64,000 bases of DNA, taken from the IMG/VR virus record IMGVR_UViG_3300008954_000002, positions 64,001 to 128,000 of that record, one strand, 5' to 3'. Source of the DNA: a virus. Below, in pieces: positions 1 to 7,625 of this stretch (positions are counted from its first letter, which is position 1; every line of letters begins with the position of its first letter). The notes under the pieces are model-generated. The model had not been told where the DNA came from. It did not search any database and worked only from the letters and a program-made list of their open reading frames with translations. The translations under genes were made by a program, and so were the position numbers.

Positions 1-44
1 CACTGGATCCGAACTTGATACAAATAGTTCTACTTCAGAAGAGG

Positions 45-323
45 ATGTCGTCATTAATCAGTGAGCAAGAATCAGTGAGTAAAGAGCCCGAACTACTTCT
101 TATTACTTGTGCAACATGCTCACGCGCCATATATACAGCTAAGCTAGAGAGTGGTCTTCGAACTAGACCCAATACTAGCTATGGCTTATGCAATGATTGT
201 GGCCACGAGTTTTGCCTAGACTGCTTAAACACAAAAATGAGCTGCAGTGACGACAAATGGCCTGTCGCCTATAGTGGCTTTAAATGCAAGGGATGCTATG
301 AGTCAAGCGAGAACGTACCTTGA
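45..323 (+). CDS. Small Cys-rich (RING/Zn-finger-like) protein
   Basis: CxxC pairs (CATC, CNDCGHEFCLDC, CKGC); ATG at 45 after GAAGAGG. Confidence 0.6.
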   Translation: MSSLISEQESVSKEPELLLITCATCSRAIYTAKLESGLRTRPNTSYGLCNDCGHEFCLDCLNTKMSCSDDKWPVAYSGFKCKGCYESSENVP

Positions 324-528
324 GTTAGAAGAAAAACACAAAACTAAGCAAGCTGACCTACAGCTTGCTCAACTACAAGCCCACTTCTGGAAGAATGCTT
401 TCTATGAACTTACAAATAGAATAGCAAGACTAGTTCCTGAAGCTAATATCGATCCCACATCCTATCTCCTAGAATGCGAAGCACACTTAAATAAGGAGAT
501 ACAGAGTGTCAAACTTAAAAAACCCTAG
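298..528 (+). CDS. Hypothetical coiled-coil protein
   Basis: ORF MSQARTY... overlaps both neighbours; ATG 298 chosen as the likely start. Confidence 0.55.
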   Translation: MSQARTYLELEEKHKTKQADLQLAQLQAHFWKNAFYELTNRIARLVPEANIDPTSYLLECEAHLNKEIQSVKLKKP

Positions 529-1819
529 CAATTTCGTACATTTACATGTCCACTATGAAACGAGTCTCCTAGATGGCATTAATAGAATAGATACACTGCC
601 TGAACATGTTAAAAGCCTTGGCCAGACCGCCCTTTCACAGACGGACCACGGTAATGTATCCGGTTCATATCGGTTCTTTAAGGCTTGCAACAAGGCTGGC
701 ATCAAGCCAATCATTGGGATGGAGGCCTACTATTCTGTCGAGGACAGGACTGTACGCGAAGCAGACGACCTAGAGCAGGCTTACTATCATTTAATCTTGA
801 TAGCTCTTAACAATGAAGGGCTACATAACCTGTTTAAGTTATCCTCTTATGCTTACACAACTGGATTATATAGAAAACCAAGACTCGATGACGATCTATT
901 AGGACAATATAATAAAGGTATCTGCGCCACATCAGCATGCCTTGGAAGCAGGGCATCCCAACTGATTCTTAGAGGCAGAAACCAAGAGGCCGAGAAGCTA
1001 ATACACCATCATGCAGCCTTGTTCTCGAATAGGTTCTTAATTGAACTTCAGCTACATGACGACCCAGAACAACAACTCGTCAATAGAGTACTTATGGATA
1101 TTGCCAAGCGCAACGATTACCCAATGGTACTCTCTAATGATGGACACTATACTCATGAAGCAGACAAGTATCTTCATGAAGCTGCTCTTTGCATGCAAAC
1201 CCGTTCAGTACTAAGTGATGAAAAGCGGTTTACATTCGGAGAGATAGATGTTCATGTAGCACATCATGATTGGATGTGGCATCGCGCAGACATGCAGGGT
1301 ATTCCCTATGAGAGTATTACAAATACTGTTGCTGTAGCAGATATGGTTGATGCAGATTCTTACTTTGAAGACAGAATTAATCGCTATCCAAAGTTTCAAG
1401 GACTGCCTCCAGAGCTTACTTCTGACAATGCCCTTGAAAGAGTAGCTAAAGAAGGTCTCTACAATCGTTTTGGAGAGATGCCTCCAACAGAGTATAGAGA
1501 GCGTCTTGATTCAGAGCTAAAAGCTATCAAGATCATGGGCTTCTCAGATTACATGTTAATAGTTTGGGAGCTTTTAAATGGTGCGAGGAGTGAAGGTGTC
1601 TTAACCGGACCAGGCCGTGGATCGGCAGCAGGCTCCTTAGTTGCATATGCCCTGAGGATAACAGAAGTAGATCCTATTGAGTATGGGCTTATCTTCGAGC
1701 GTTTTTTAAATAAAGGTCGATCTGCAACCCCAAAACTCTTCACTAGGCAAATGCTTGACCAGATCTTAGACAAAGACGAAAACAGTACCTTTGAAGAAAT
1801 AGAAGAGGCAGTAGGATAA
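506..1819 (+). CDS. dnaE: DNA polymerase III alpha, fragment 1 (PHP domain plus N-terminal palm up to FERFLN)
   Basis: FVHLHVH..SLLDG, TDHG, GMEAY, YHLIL, SACL, NDGHY (PHP); GPGRGSAAGSLVAYAL, FERFLN; AGGAG before the GTG start. Confidence 0.95.
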   Translation: MSNLKNPSNFVHLHVHYETSLLDGINRIDTLPEHVKSLGQTALSQTDHGNVSGSYRFFKACNKAGIKPIIGMEAYYSVEDRTVREADDLEQAYYHLILIALNNEGLHNLFKLSSYAYTTGLYRKPRLDDDLLGQYNKGICATSACLGSRASQLILRGRNQEAEKLIHHHAALFSNRFLIELQLHDDPEQQLVNRVLMDIAKRNDYPMVLSNDGHYTHEADKYLHEAALCMQTRSVLSDEKRFTFGEIDVHVAHHDWMWHRADMQGIPYESITNTVAVADMVDADSYFEDRINRYPKFQGLPPELTSDNALERVAKEGLYNRFGEMPPTEYRERLDSELKAIKIMGFSDYMLIVWELLNGARSEGVLTGPGRGSAAGSLVAYALRITEVDPIEYGLIFERFLNKGRSATPKLFTRQMLDQILDKDENSTFEEIEEAVG

Positions 1820-1834
1820 CCCTACTGCCTCTTT
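1803..1834. terminator. Hairpin/intrinsic terminator between convergent genes
   Basis: Perfect 13-bp inverted repeat AAGAGGCAGTAGG / CCTACTGCCTCTT with the dnaE-1 stop codon in the loop. Confidence 0.7.
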
Positions 1835-1858
1835 AGTCCTATAATAGCTATTTCTTAA

Positions 1859-2185
1859 CTAGAATAGTATTGAATCAATTACACGCCAGATACTAACACC
1901 ATCGCTTACAAGCCATAGCCTACCGCCATTTGCTGCTATAGCCTCAGAAGCAAATACTAGTCCCGATGCTTTTACAGTACCATTTACATCAAGCTTTTGT
2001 GCTGGTGCATTAGTGCCTATACCTGCGCGATCATTGGTGCCGTCAGAATATATGTTGTAAGCATCATTGTCAGTTTCTACTCTGAAATCAAAGTCTTCAC
2101 CAGGCTCATTGAATACTTCGTTCTTGCCTCCTTTGCGGAGATACTTCCTAGAACTATGGCTACTTGATAAAAAGCTTTTAGGCGT
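1859..2185 (-). CDS. Tail-fibre-like protein without a canonical start (ACG start or +1 frameshift from the upstream ORF)
   Basis: Hand-translated 108-codon open frame containing FNEPGEDFDFRVETD...DRAGIGTNAPAQKLDVNG, a repeat typical of phage fibres. Confidence 0.6.
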   Translation of the reverse strand, partial: TPKSFLSSSHSSRKYLRKGGKNEVFNEPGEDFDFRVETDNDAYNIYSDGTNDRAGIGTNAPAQKLDVNGTVKASGLVFASEAIAANGGRLWLVSDGVSIWRVIDSILF

Positions 2186-2186
2186 T

Positions 2187-2555
2187 TTAAAACACCGTAA
2201 TTGTTAGAGCAGCAGCTGTACTTGATACTATCTCAATAGAATGTATTTCTAAACCTGTATTACCATACTCATATACAGTGTCTCCGGTCTCTTCAAAAGT
2301 GGGGAAAGCACTGCCCGCTTGCCAAGCTTGCACAGTTTCATCAGGCTTGCTCTGGTTTCTCTTTACAACTCGTGCACAGTTGTTTATTCTAAAAGTAATA
2401 GTATCAGTAGAAGCGTCTGTCATTATCTTCATATTCTGAGCGGGTCTACCTAATACATCAAACATATCGATCTTGTCCCCCGCAGCTACAGCAGTAATAG
2501 CTGTGACCCTTGCAGGACTTAAAACATTACTTGGTACCTTAGTGTAAGTTGCCAA
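2187..2555 (-). CDS. Hypothetical, probably virion-associated, protein
   Basis: TTG start with a strong AAGGAGG Shine-Dalgarno; beta-rich, Thr/Ala/Val-rich. Confidence 0.75.
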   Translation of the reverse strand: MATYTKVPSNVLSPARVTAITAVAAGDKIDMFDVLGRPAQNMKIMTDASTDTITFRINNCARVVKRNQSKPDETVQAWQAGSAFPTFEETGDTVYEYGNTGLEIHSIEIVSSTAAALTITVF

Positions 2556-2572
2556 GGCTACCTCCTTTTGCT

Positions 2573-4162
2573 ATGGAGCTAAAATTGAAAGAGAATATTA
2601 ATAATTATTATATTCCTGAACGAGTATCAGAAGTCGATAAAGACTTCCTTACTTTTGAGGAAGATATGATATCTACATCTGATGTGCAGATGATACTTGA
2701 CATATTATCTAACAAAACCCATCTAGTAGGCAAGCTACCCAACCCTCATAATAGTATACTTCTCTATCTTACTGGTATAACAAATACTTTTGATAAAACC
2801 AAGGCACGATCAGATACAATAGATGGTAGTCCCCCCGATGTGGATGTGGATCTAGCCGCATTAGAAAGAGATAAAGTTATTCAGTGGATAGTTAATCACT
2901 GGGGAAGAGAACAAGTAGCTAATATTATTACTCATGGTACTTTTAAACCTAAGTCTCTTGCAAGAGCATACTATAGAGTTACTGAAGGTGACGGTGGCGA
3001 TCTAGCTAAGATACTTAAGATGATTCCGCCAGCAAAGTATGGCAAGGAAGCAACACTTGAAGAGATAGTAGAACTACACCCAGAATTATCTGAAGAAGAA
3101 TGCTATACAGAGTTCTATACTGCTGCACAGAAACTAGAGAATATGATCTCTAATTTTGGGATACATGCAGGTGGGTTAATAATATCTGACTTTCCTATCT
3201 CTGATGTAGTACCTATATGGAAGAATAGTAAAGCTGACGCTATTACTCAGTATGACAAGAATGAAACCGAAGAGCTCGGTCTGCTGAAGTTCGACCTACT
3301 TTCTATTGATACATTATCTATTATTAAAGATACATTGGGCCTGATAAAAAGAGATCTAGATATCGATATAGAACCATATACTATTCCAGATGGTGATACA
3401 AAAGCATACAAGATGATGAATGCTGGGCTACTTACTGGTGTCTTTCAAATGGAGACCTCTGGCAACGCAAAGAGATTATTCGAAGGTATCCAGCCACAAT
3501 CTATTAAAGAGCTATCTGATATTAGCGCCCTTAACAGACCTGGACCAGCTCAAGCTGGGCTTGATCGTACGTATATGGATAACAAGAAGAGAGGGTCGCC
3601 GCCCTCAGACCTACCAGAACCAGTTGCAGAGATTCTCAAGGGTACATACTGGACGCTTGTTTACCAAGAGCAAATAATGAATCTATGCTCTAAGCTCGCA
3701 GGCTTTACACTCCAAGAGAGTGACGATATTAGACGCGCATTAGGCAAAAAGAAGAAAGAGATCTTAGACTCTTATGAAAAGCAATTTGTTGAAGGCTGTA
3801 AAGAAACTGGTCTTGAAGAACTCTATGCTAAAAATTTATGGGAAGAACTACTAGGCTTTGCTGATTACTGTTTAGCCGGCGATACTCAAGTGCAAACAAG
3901 CGAAGGCTATGTGGCCATTGAAGATCTTATTAACAGGAACGACAGTCCCACCGTCTTATCTGTTGATAATGAAGGCAATCTCATCTATCAAGATATAGTA
4001 CAAAAACACAATAATGGCATTATGGGTCTATATGAATATACATTAGAAGACAACACTAGAGTTAAATGCACAAAGAATCATAAGTTTATGACTGCTACTG
4101 GTTCTATGATTGAAATAGACTCTGCATATAGATCTGAAGTAGACTTGTTAATAAAGGAATAA
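2573..4162 (+). CDS. dnaE: DNA polymerase III alpha, fragment 2 (catalytic palm/thumb/fingers) fused to split intein N-half
   Basis: PPDVDVD, HAGGLII, GLLKFDLL, GVFQME, ALNRPGP, VYQEQIM, DDIRRALGKKK, FADY|CLAG; ATG 2573 is the probable start but has no SD. Confidence 0.95.
   Translation: MELKLKENINNYYIPERVSEVDKDFLTFEEDMISTSDVQMILDILSNKTHLVGKLPNPHNSILLYLTGITNTFDKTKARSDTIDGSPPDVDVDLAALERDKVIQWIVNHWGREQVANIITHGTFKPKSLARAYYRVTEGDGGDLAKILKMIPPAKYGKEATLEEIVELHPELSEEECYTEFYTAAQKLENMISNFGIHAGGLIISDFPISDVVPIWKNSKADAITQYDKNETEELGLLKFDLLSIDTLSIIKDTLGLIKRDLDIDIEPYTIPDGDTKAYKMMNAGLLTGVFQMETSGNAKRLFEGIQPQSIKELSDISALNRPGPAQAGLDRTYMDNKKRGSPPSDLPEPVAEILKGTYWTLVYQEQIMNLCSKLAGFTLQESDDIRRALGKKKKEILDSYEKQFVEGCKETGLEELYAKNLWEELLGFADYCLAGDTQVQTSEGYVAIEDLINRNDSPTVLSVDNEGNLIYQDIVQKHNNGIMGLYEYTLEDNTRVKCTKNHKFMTATGSMIEIDSAYRSEVDLLIKE
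3869..4159 (+). other. Split intein N-fragment (97 aa), cyanobacterial DnaE-intein-like
   Basis: CLAGDTQVQT (block A), SVDNEGNL, YEYTLED, CTKNHKFMT (block B TxxH); ends at the stop codon. Confidence 0.95.
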
Positions 4163-4164
4163 TT

Positions 4165-4488
4165 ATGCCCGGCGAAGCACAGAGATTAAGAGCTGCTCTT
4201 TCAGCTGCTTATAATAATAACCCTGCCCAAACCACTGTTAATGTAAATCCTGATAATGTAAATGTAAAACTATATGATCTTACAAGTCAGATAGATGGCG
4301 TTACTGCCACGTTTACATTCTCTCCTACTCCAAGTGCCTTAAGTCCTATTGAGATAATTCACGATGGGCTTACCCTTAGAGAAGGAGCCGCCAACGACTA
4401 CACCTTAAGTGGTGTTACATCTATAACTCTTACGTATATACCTGTTGTAGGCTCTTCTATGCAGGCTAGGTACGCAGAACAGTCATAA
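4165..4488 (+). CDS. Small virion/fibre accessory-like protein
   Basis: QIDGVTATFTF..IIHDGL..GAANDYTLSG beta domain of a kind seen in phage tail proteins; AAGGA SD. Confidence 0.65.
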   Translation: MPGEAQRLRAALSAAYNNNPAQTTVNVNPDNVNVKLYDLTSQIDGVTATFTFSPTPSALSPIEIIHDGLTLREGAANDYTLSGVTSITLTYIPVVGSSMQARYAEQS

Positions 4489-4702
4489 CTATCAATTCTC
4501 CTTGTCAAGCTATATAAAAGCATAGTCACTTGGTTTTAAGGCTTCAGATCTATAAGATGAAGTCACATCTAAGGATATGAAAACCACGCTGATTCTTGCT
4601 GACACTCACCCCAACTCTTATGGGGTACTTGTATCTAAAGATGTATTCTTCTCAAAAGAAAATAATAATACATAATTACTTAATTACAAGGAGTAAATAA
4701 TT

Positions 4703-6436
4703 ATGGCTAAAACTCAAATTCGATCTGAAGCGATTAAACTTCAGACCGCTAAAAGATTAATTGGTGGTGTAGACGGCAGCGCAGACGCTGAAGAAGTAGC
4801 AGTTGATAGTACATACTTCGATCTTGCTGCTGTCAGCGGTACAGATACTCTTCAAATTGTAGCTGAAGGCTTCCAAGACCTAGTTGGTGCAATGTTAACT
4901 GATAATACTGAAAATGGTATTGCAGTAACTTATCAAGATACAGATGGAACTATTGATTTTGATGTCAACGATCCCATAATTTCTCTAACTGGAGCTGTTG
5001 CAGGCTCAGCGACAATGACCAATCTGGGTAATGTATCTATTACCACTACTGCTACATCTGATCCAACACTAACCCTCGATGGCGACTGTAGTGGTTCGGC
5101 AACCTTTACAGACTTAGGTAATGCTACTCTCACTGTAATAGTAGCAGATAACTCTCACTACCTAGCATCTAGCTATATTTCAGATGCAACCTCTGAAGCT
5201 ACAGCAAATGTAATTGTTAAGCGAGATGCTAGTGGTGACTTTGCAGCCAATAACTTATCAGTAGCTGGTATTACAGCAAATGGTAATATTTCAGCAGTTG
5301 ACATGACCTTATCTGGCGATCTCTTGGTTAATGGTACCCAGACTTTTATGGATACAACCAGATGGCTAGTTAAAGATAAGGACATGGTCCTAGGTGTTGC
5401 TGGTGGTGAACGTCTTGCAGTAAGTCGTACAAACGCCTCTCCATCTGTTTACTCACAAACTGCTCATGGCTACTCCACTAATGATTATATCTACATATGG
5501 GGTGATAGTGGTTCTGTTTCTGATGGTGTTCATCAGGTCACTTCTATCGACGCCGATAGCTTCAGCATTGCTGTAGACACAAGCGGAGACACTGGTTCTA
5601 AAAGCTCCAACATGTCCCTTAGTGCAGTAACAGAAGCTACTGCCAACGGCGGTGGGCTCCATGTTCCTGGTACTAGCTTGCACAAGCTAATTTACAATAG
5701 CACTAATGGCTGGGACTCTACTGATGATCTTAACATTGCCACCGGAAAGGTGTTTAAAATTGCTGGAAGTGAAGTACTTTCTGCAAGCAACCTTGACAAT
5801 GCTGTCAAGGTAGAAAACGCAAACTGGGATAGTACTACGAACAAACAACTAACAGTTACAAATGGTGGTACTGGACTACAAGCTGTTACACAGGGCGATA
5901 TTTTGTATGCTAGTGCTACAAATACCATTAGTGCTGCAGGGCCAGGATCTGAATCTAATGTACAAGCTTGGGATGCTGCTTTGGATGACTTTAGTGGTCT
6001 TATCCAAACCCCAAACAAGATCCCCTACTTTGACAGTGCTACCACTATGGATATGTTTGACTTCAAAGATGAAGATAACATGTCTTCTAACTCTGATGCG
6101 GCATTAGCCTCACAACAGTCTATCAAGGCATATGCTGATAATAGTGGTGGCGCAGCCTCCCTATTTGCACATAGTACTGTTGGTGCTGGTGGCGTAGCCT
6201 CTGGGGACACAACTGCACACGGCGCAACCATGGTTGCTGGCCTAGATGCCAGTGGCATTTCTAATGTGGGTGGCGATGAAACAAAGTATATGGTCTTTCT
6301 AGACGGTATGCTACAAGACAAAGGTGCAAACGATGACTTTAGTCATGTCTATGACAACGATAACGCGCTTACCATAAAATGGCAAAAAACACTTTATGAA
6401 GGACAAACAATTGTCATTCGTGGCGCTACAGTCTAA
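4703..6436 (+). CDS. Tail fibre / virion appendage protein
   Basis: Gly/Thr/Asp/Ser-rich with repeats (ISLTGAVAGSAT/LTLDGDCSGSAT), IVKRDASG, GDLLVNGT, GGTG, TAHGY module; AAGGAG SD. Confidence 0.8.
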   Translation: MAKTQIRSEAIKLQTAKRLIGGVDGSADAEEVAVDSTYFDLAAVSGTDTLQIVAEGFQDLVGAMLTDNTENGIAVTYQDTDGTIDFDVNDPIISLTGAVAGSATMTNLGNVSITTTATSDPTLTLDGDCSGSATFTDLGNATLTVIVADNSHYLASSYISDATSEATANVIVKRDASGDFAANNLSVAGITANGNISAVDMTLSGDLLVNGTQTFMDTTRWLVKDKDMVLGVAGGERLAVSRTNASPSVYSQTAHGYSTNDYIYIWGDSGSVSDGVHQVTSIDADSFSIAVDTSGDTGSKSSNMSLSAVTEATANGGGLHVPGTSLHKLIYNSTNGWDSTDDLNIATGKVFKIAGSEVLSASNLDNAVKVENANWDSTTNKQLTVTNGGTGLQAVTQGDILYASATNTISAAGPGSESNVQAWDAALDDFSGLIQTPNKIPYFDSATTMDMFDFKDEDNMSSNSDAALASQQSIKAYADNSGGAASLFAHSTVGAGGVASGDTTAHGATMVAGLDASGISNVGGDETKYMVFLDGMLQDKGANDDFSHVYDNDNALTIKWQKTLYEGQTIVIRGATV

Positions 6437-6481
6437 ACAACACAATATATAGACATTAAGTATCTTTCTAAGGTACAACCT

Positions 6482-6513
6482 AGTGCGGGGGGAGAACCCC
6501 CCGCACTTTCTTT
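6482..6513 (+). terminator. Rho-independent terminator
   Basis: 11-bp stem AGTGCGGGGGG-AGAA-CCCCCCGCACT followed by TTCTTT. Confidence 0.85.
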
Positions 6514-6526
6514 ATATGGAGAAAAT

Positions 6527-6952
6527 ATGATTAGAAAGGTAAAACAATTCTTTTATAGAACAAGGCTAATAATAAGACTCTTGTATCGATCAAGTATATG
6601 GAAGGAAGCGAATCTTATAAGAGACAATATGGAACTAAGAACTGGCGGTGGTAACTATAAAAAAGACTACCGACGATATTGTAATATACTCCGTGGTCGT
6701 ATAAGAACTGATAATGTGGGATGGGATGACATAGTAGGAGTCACTACTCTTTCTATTGTGGGAACAGCAGCAGAAGATAACGAACTACTTAAACAGCAAG
6801 CTCTTGAACTAGCATCTATCTCTACAGACCTATATGTTATGCTTTGTGAAAGAAAAGTAGATCACTCTGGCATTCGTGAAGAGGGTGAGGAAATTAAAAG
6901 CGAACACAGCACTCTAGTATTGATAGATACCAATACGGAAACAGAGCTATAA
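6527..6952 (+). CDS. Hypothetical protein
   Basis: ORF with GGAG SD. Confidence 0.7.
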   Translation: MIRKVKQFFYRTRLIIRLLYRSSIWKEANLIRDNMELRTGGGNYKKDYRRYCNILRGRIRTDNVGWDDIVGVTTLSIVGTAAEDNELLKQQALELASISTDLYVMLCERKVDHSGIREEGEEIKSEHSTLVLIDTNTETEL

Positions 6953-7129
6953 ATGTTCCTACAGCCTAAAGATATAACCTCAGTCATATTCTTGCTTTCA
7001 TCTACAATGTGGCTAGGAACTTTTATTCTTGCTATACTATCAGACAGCTCATTCTCAGAATGTTTTAAATTGCTGAGCCTATCAATATTATGTGGATATG
7101 TTTCTTACTATTTCCACTTCAACATGTAA
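6953..7129 (+). CDS. Small two-TM membrane protein (58 aa), not in the ORF track
   Basis: MFLQPKDITSVIFLLSSTMWLGTFILAIL...LLSLSILCGYVSYYFHFNM; starts immediately after the previous stop. Confidence 0.55.
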   Translation: MFLQPKDITSVIFLLSSTMWLGTFILAILSDSSFSECFKLLSLSILCGYVSYYFHFNM

Positions 7130-7149
7130 CAAGAGGATCTATCGACTAC

Positions 7150-7506
7150 ATGTACGAGTCACAAGAAAAAGAAGATAAAGATTATATAGCTGAAGTTGAA
7201 TACTGCCTTGATGGTATTATCCCAGAAGAGGTTATGCTTGTTGATTTACTAAGAAAACTAAAAATCCAAGCAGAAGATATTGAAGACTACTCTTTATCGT
7301 TTTCACCTGGAGAAAGAACAGAAGATTATGATTACTTTGTAATCACTTGCTCAAAGACTACTGCTTCACAGAGCGACTCTCACGAGTCTTCTCCCTACGG
7401 AGTAAGCCTGTCGCTTTATCAAGATAGAGTTTCAGAACTCACTTCATCTGAGCAAGACGATACTACTTTAGGAAATCAGCTACAGCTTATATTCTCCAAC
7501 GATTAA
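7150..7506 (+). CDS. Hypothetical acidic protein
   Basis: ATG 7150 after AAGAGGA; Asp/Glu-rich. Confidence 0.65.
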   Translation: MYESQEKEDKDYIAEVEYCLDGIIPEEVMLVDLLRKLKIQAEDIEDYSLSFSPGERTEDYDYFVITCSKTTASQSDSHESSPYGVSLSLYQDRVSELTSSEQDDTTLGNQLQLIFSND

Positions 7507-7520
7507 CCGTAAGGATATAT

Positions 7521-7625
7521 ATGAAGATTAAATCCCGAGAATACCTCGGGCTTGCACCAGTGTATGATATTGGTCTGCCCGACCATCACAATTTTGTTAT
7601 TCAAGGCGGTTTAGTTGCGGCAAAT
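7521..7625 (+). other. Split intein C-fragment (35 aa)
   Basis: MKIKSREYLGLAPVYDIGLPDHHNFVIQGGLVAAN followed by Cys+1 (CFN). Confidence 0.95.

Noticed and set aside
1820-2572. Group I/II intron or intein explaining the first dnaE break
   Set aside because: No intein motifs at either end and no recognisable intron core; the gap is filled by - strand coding sequence and a terminator hairpin
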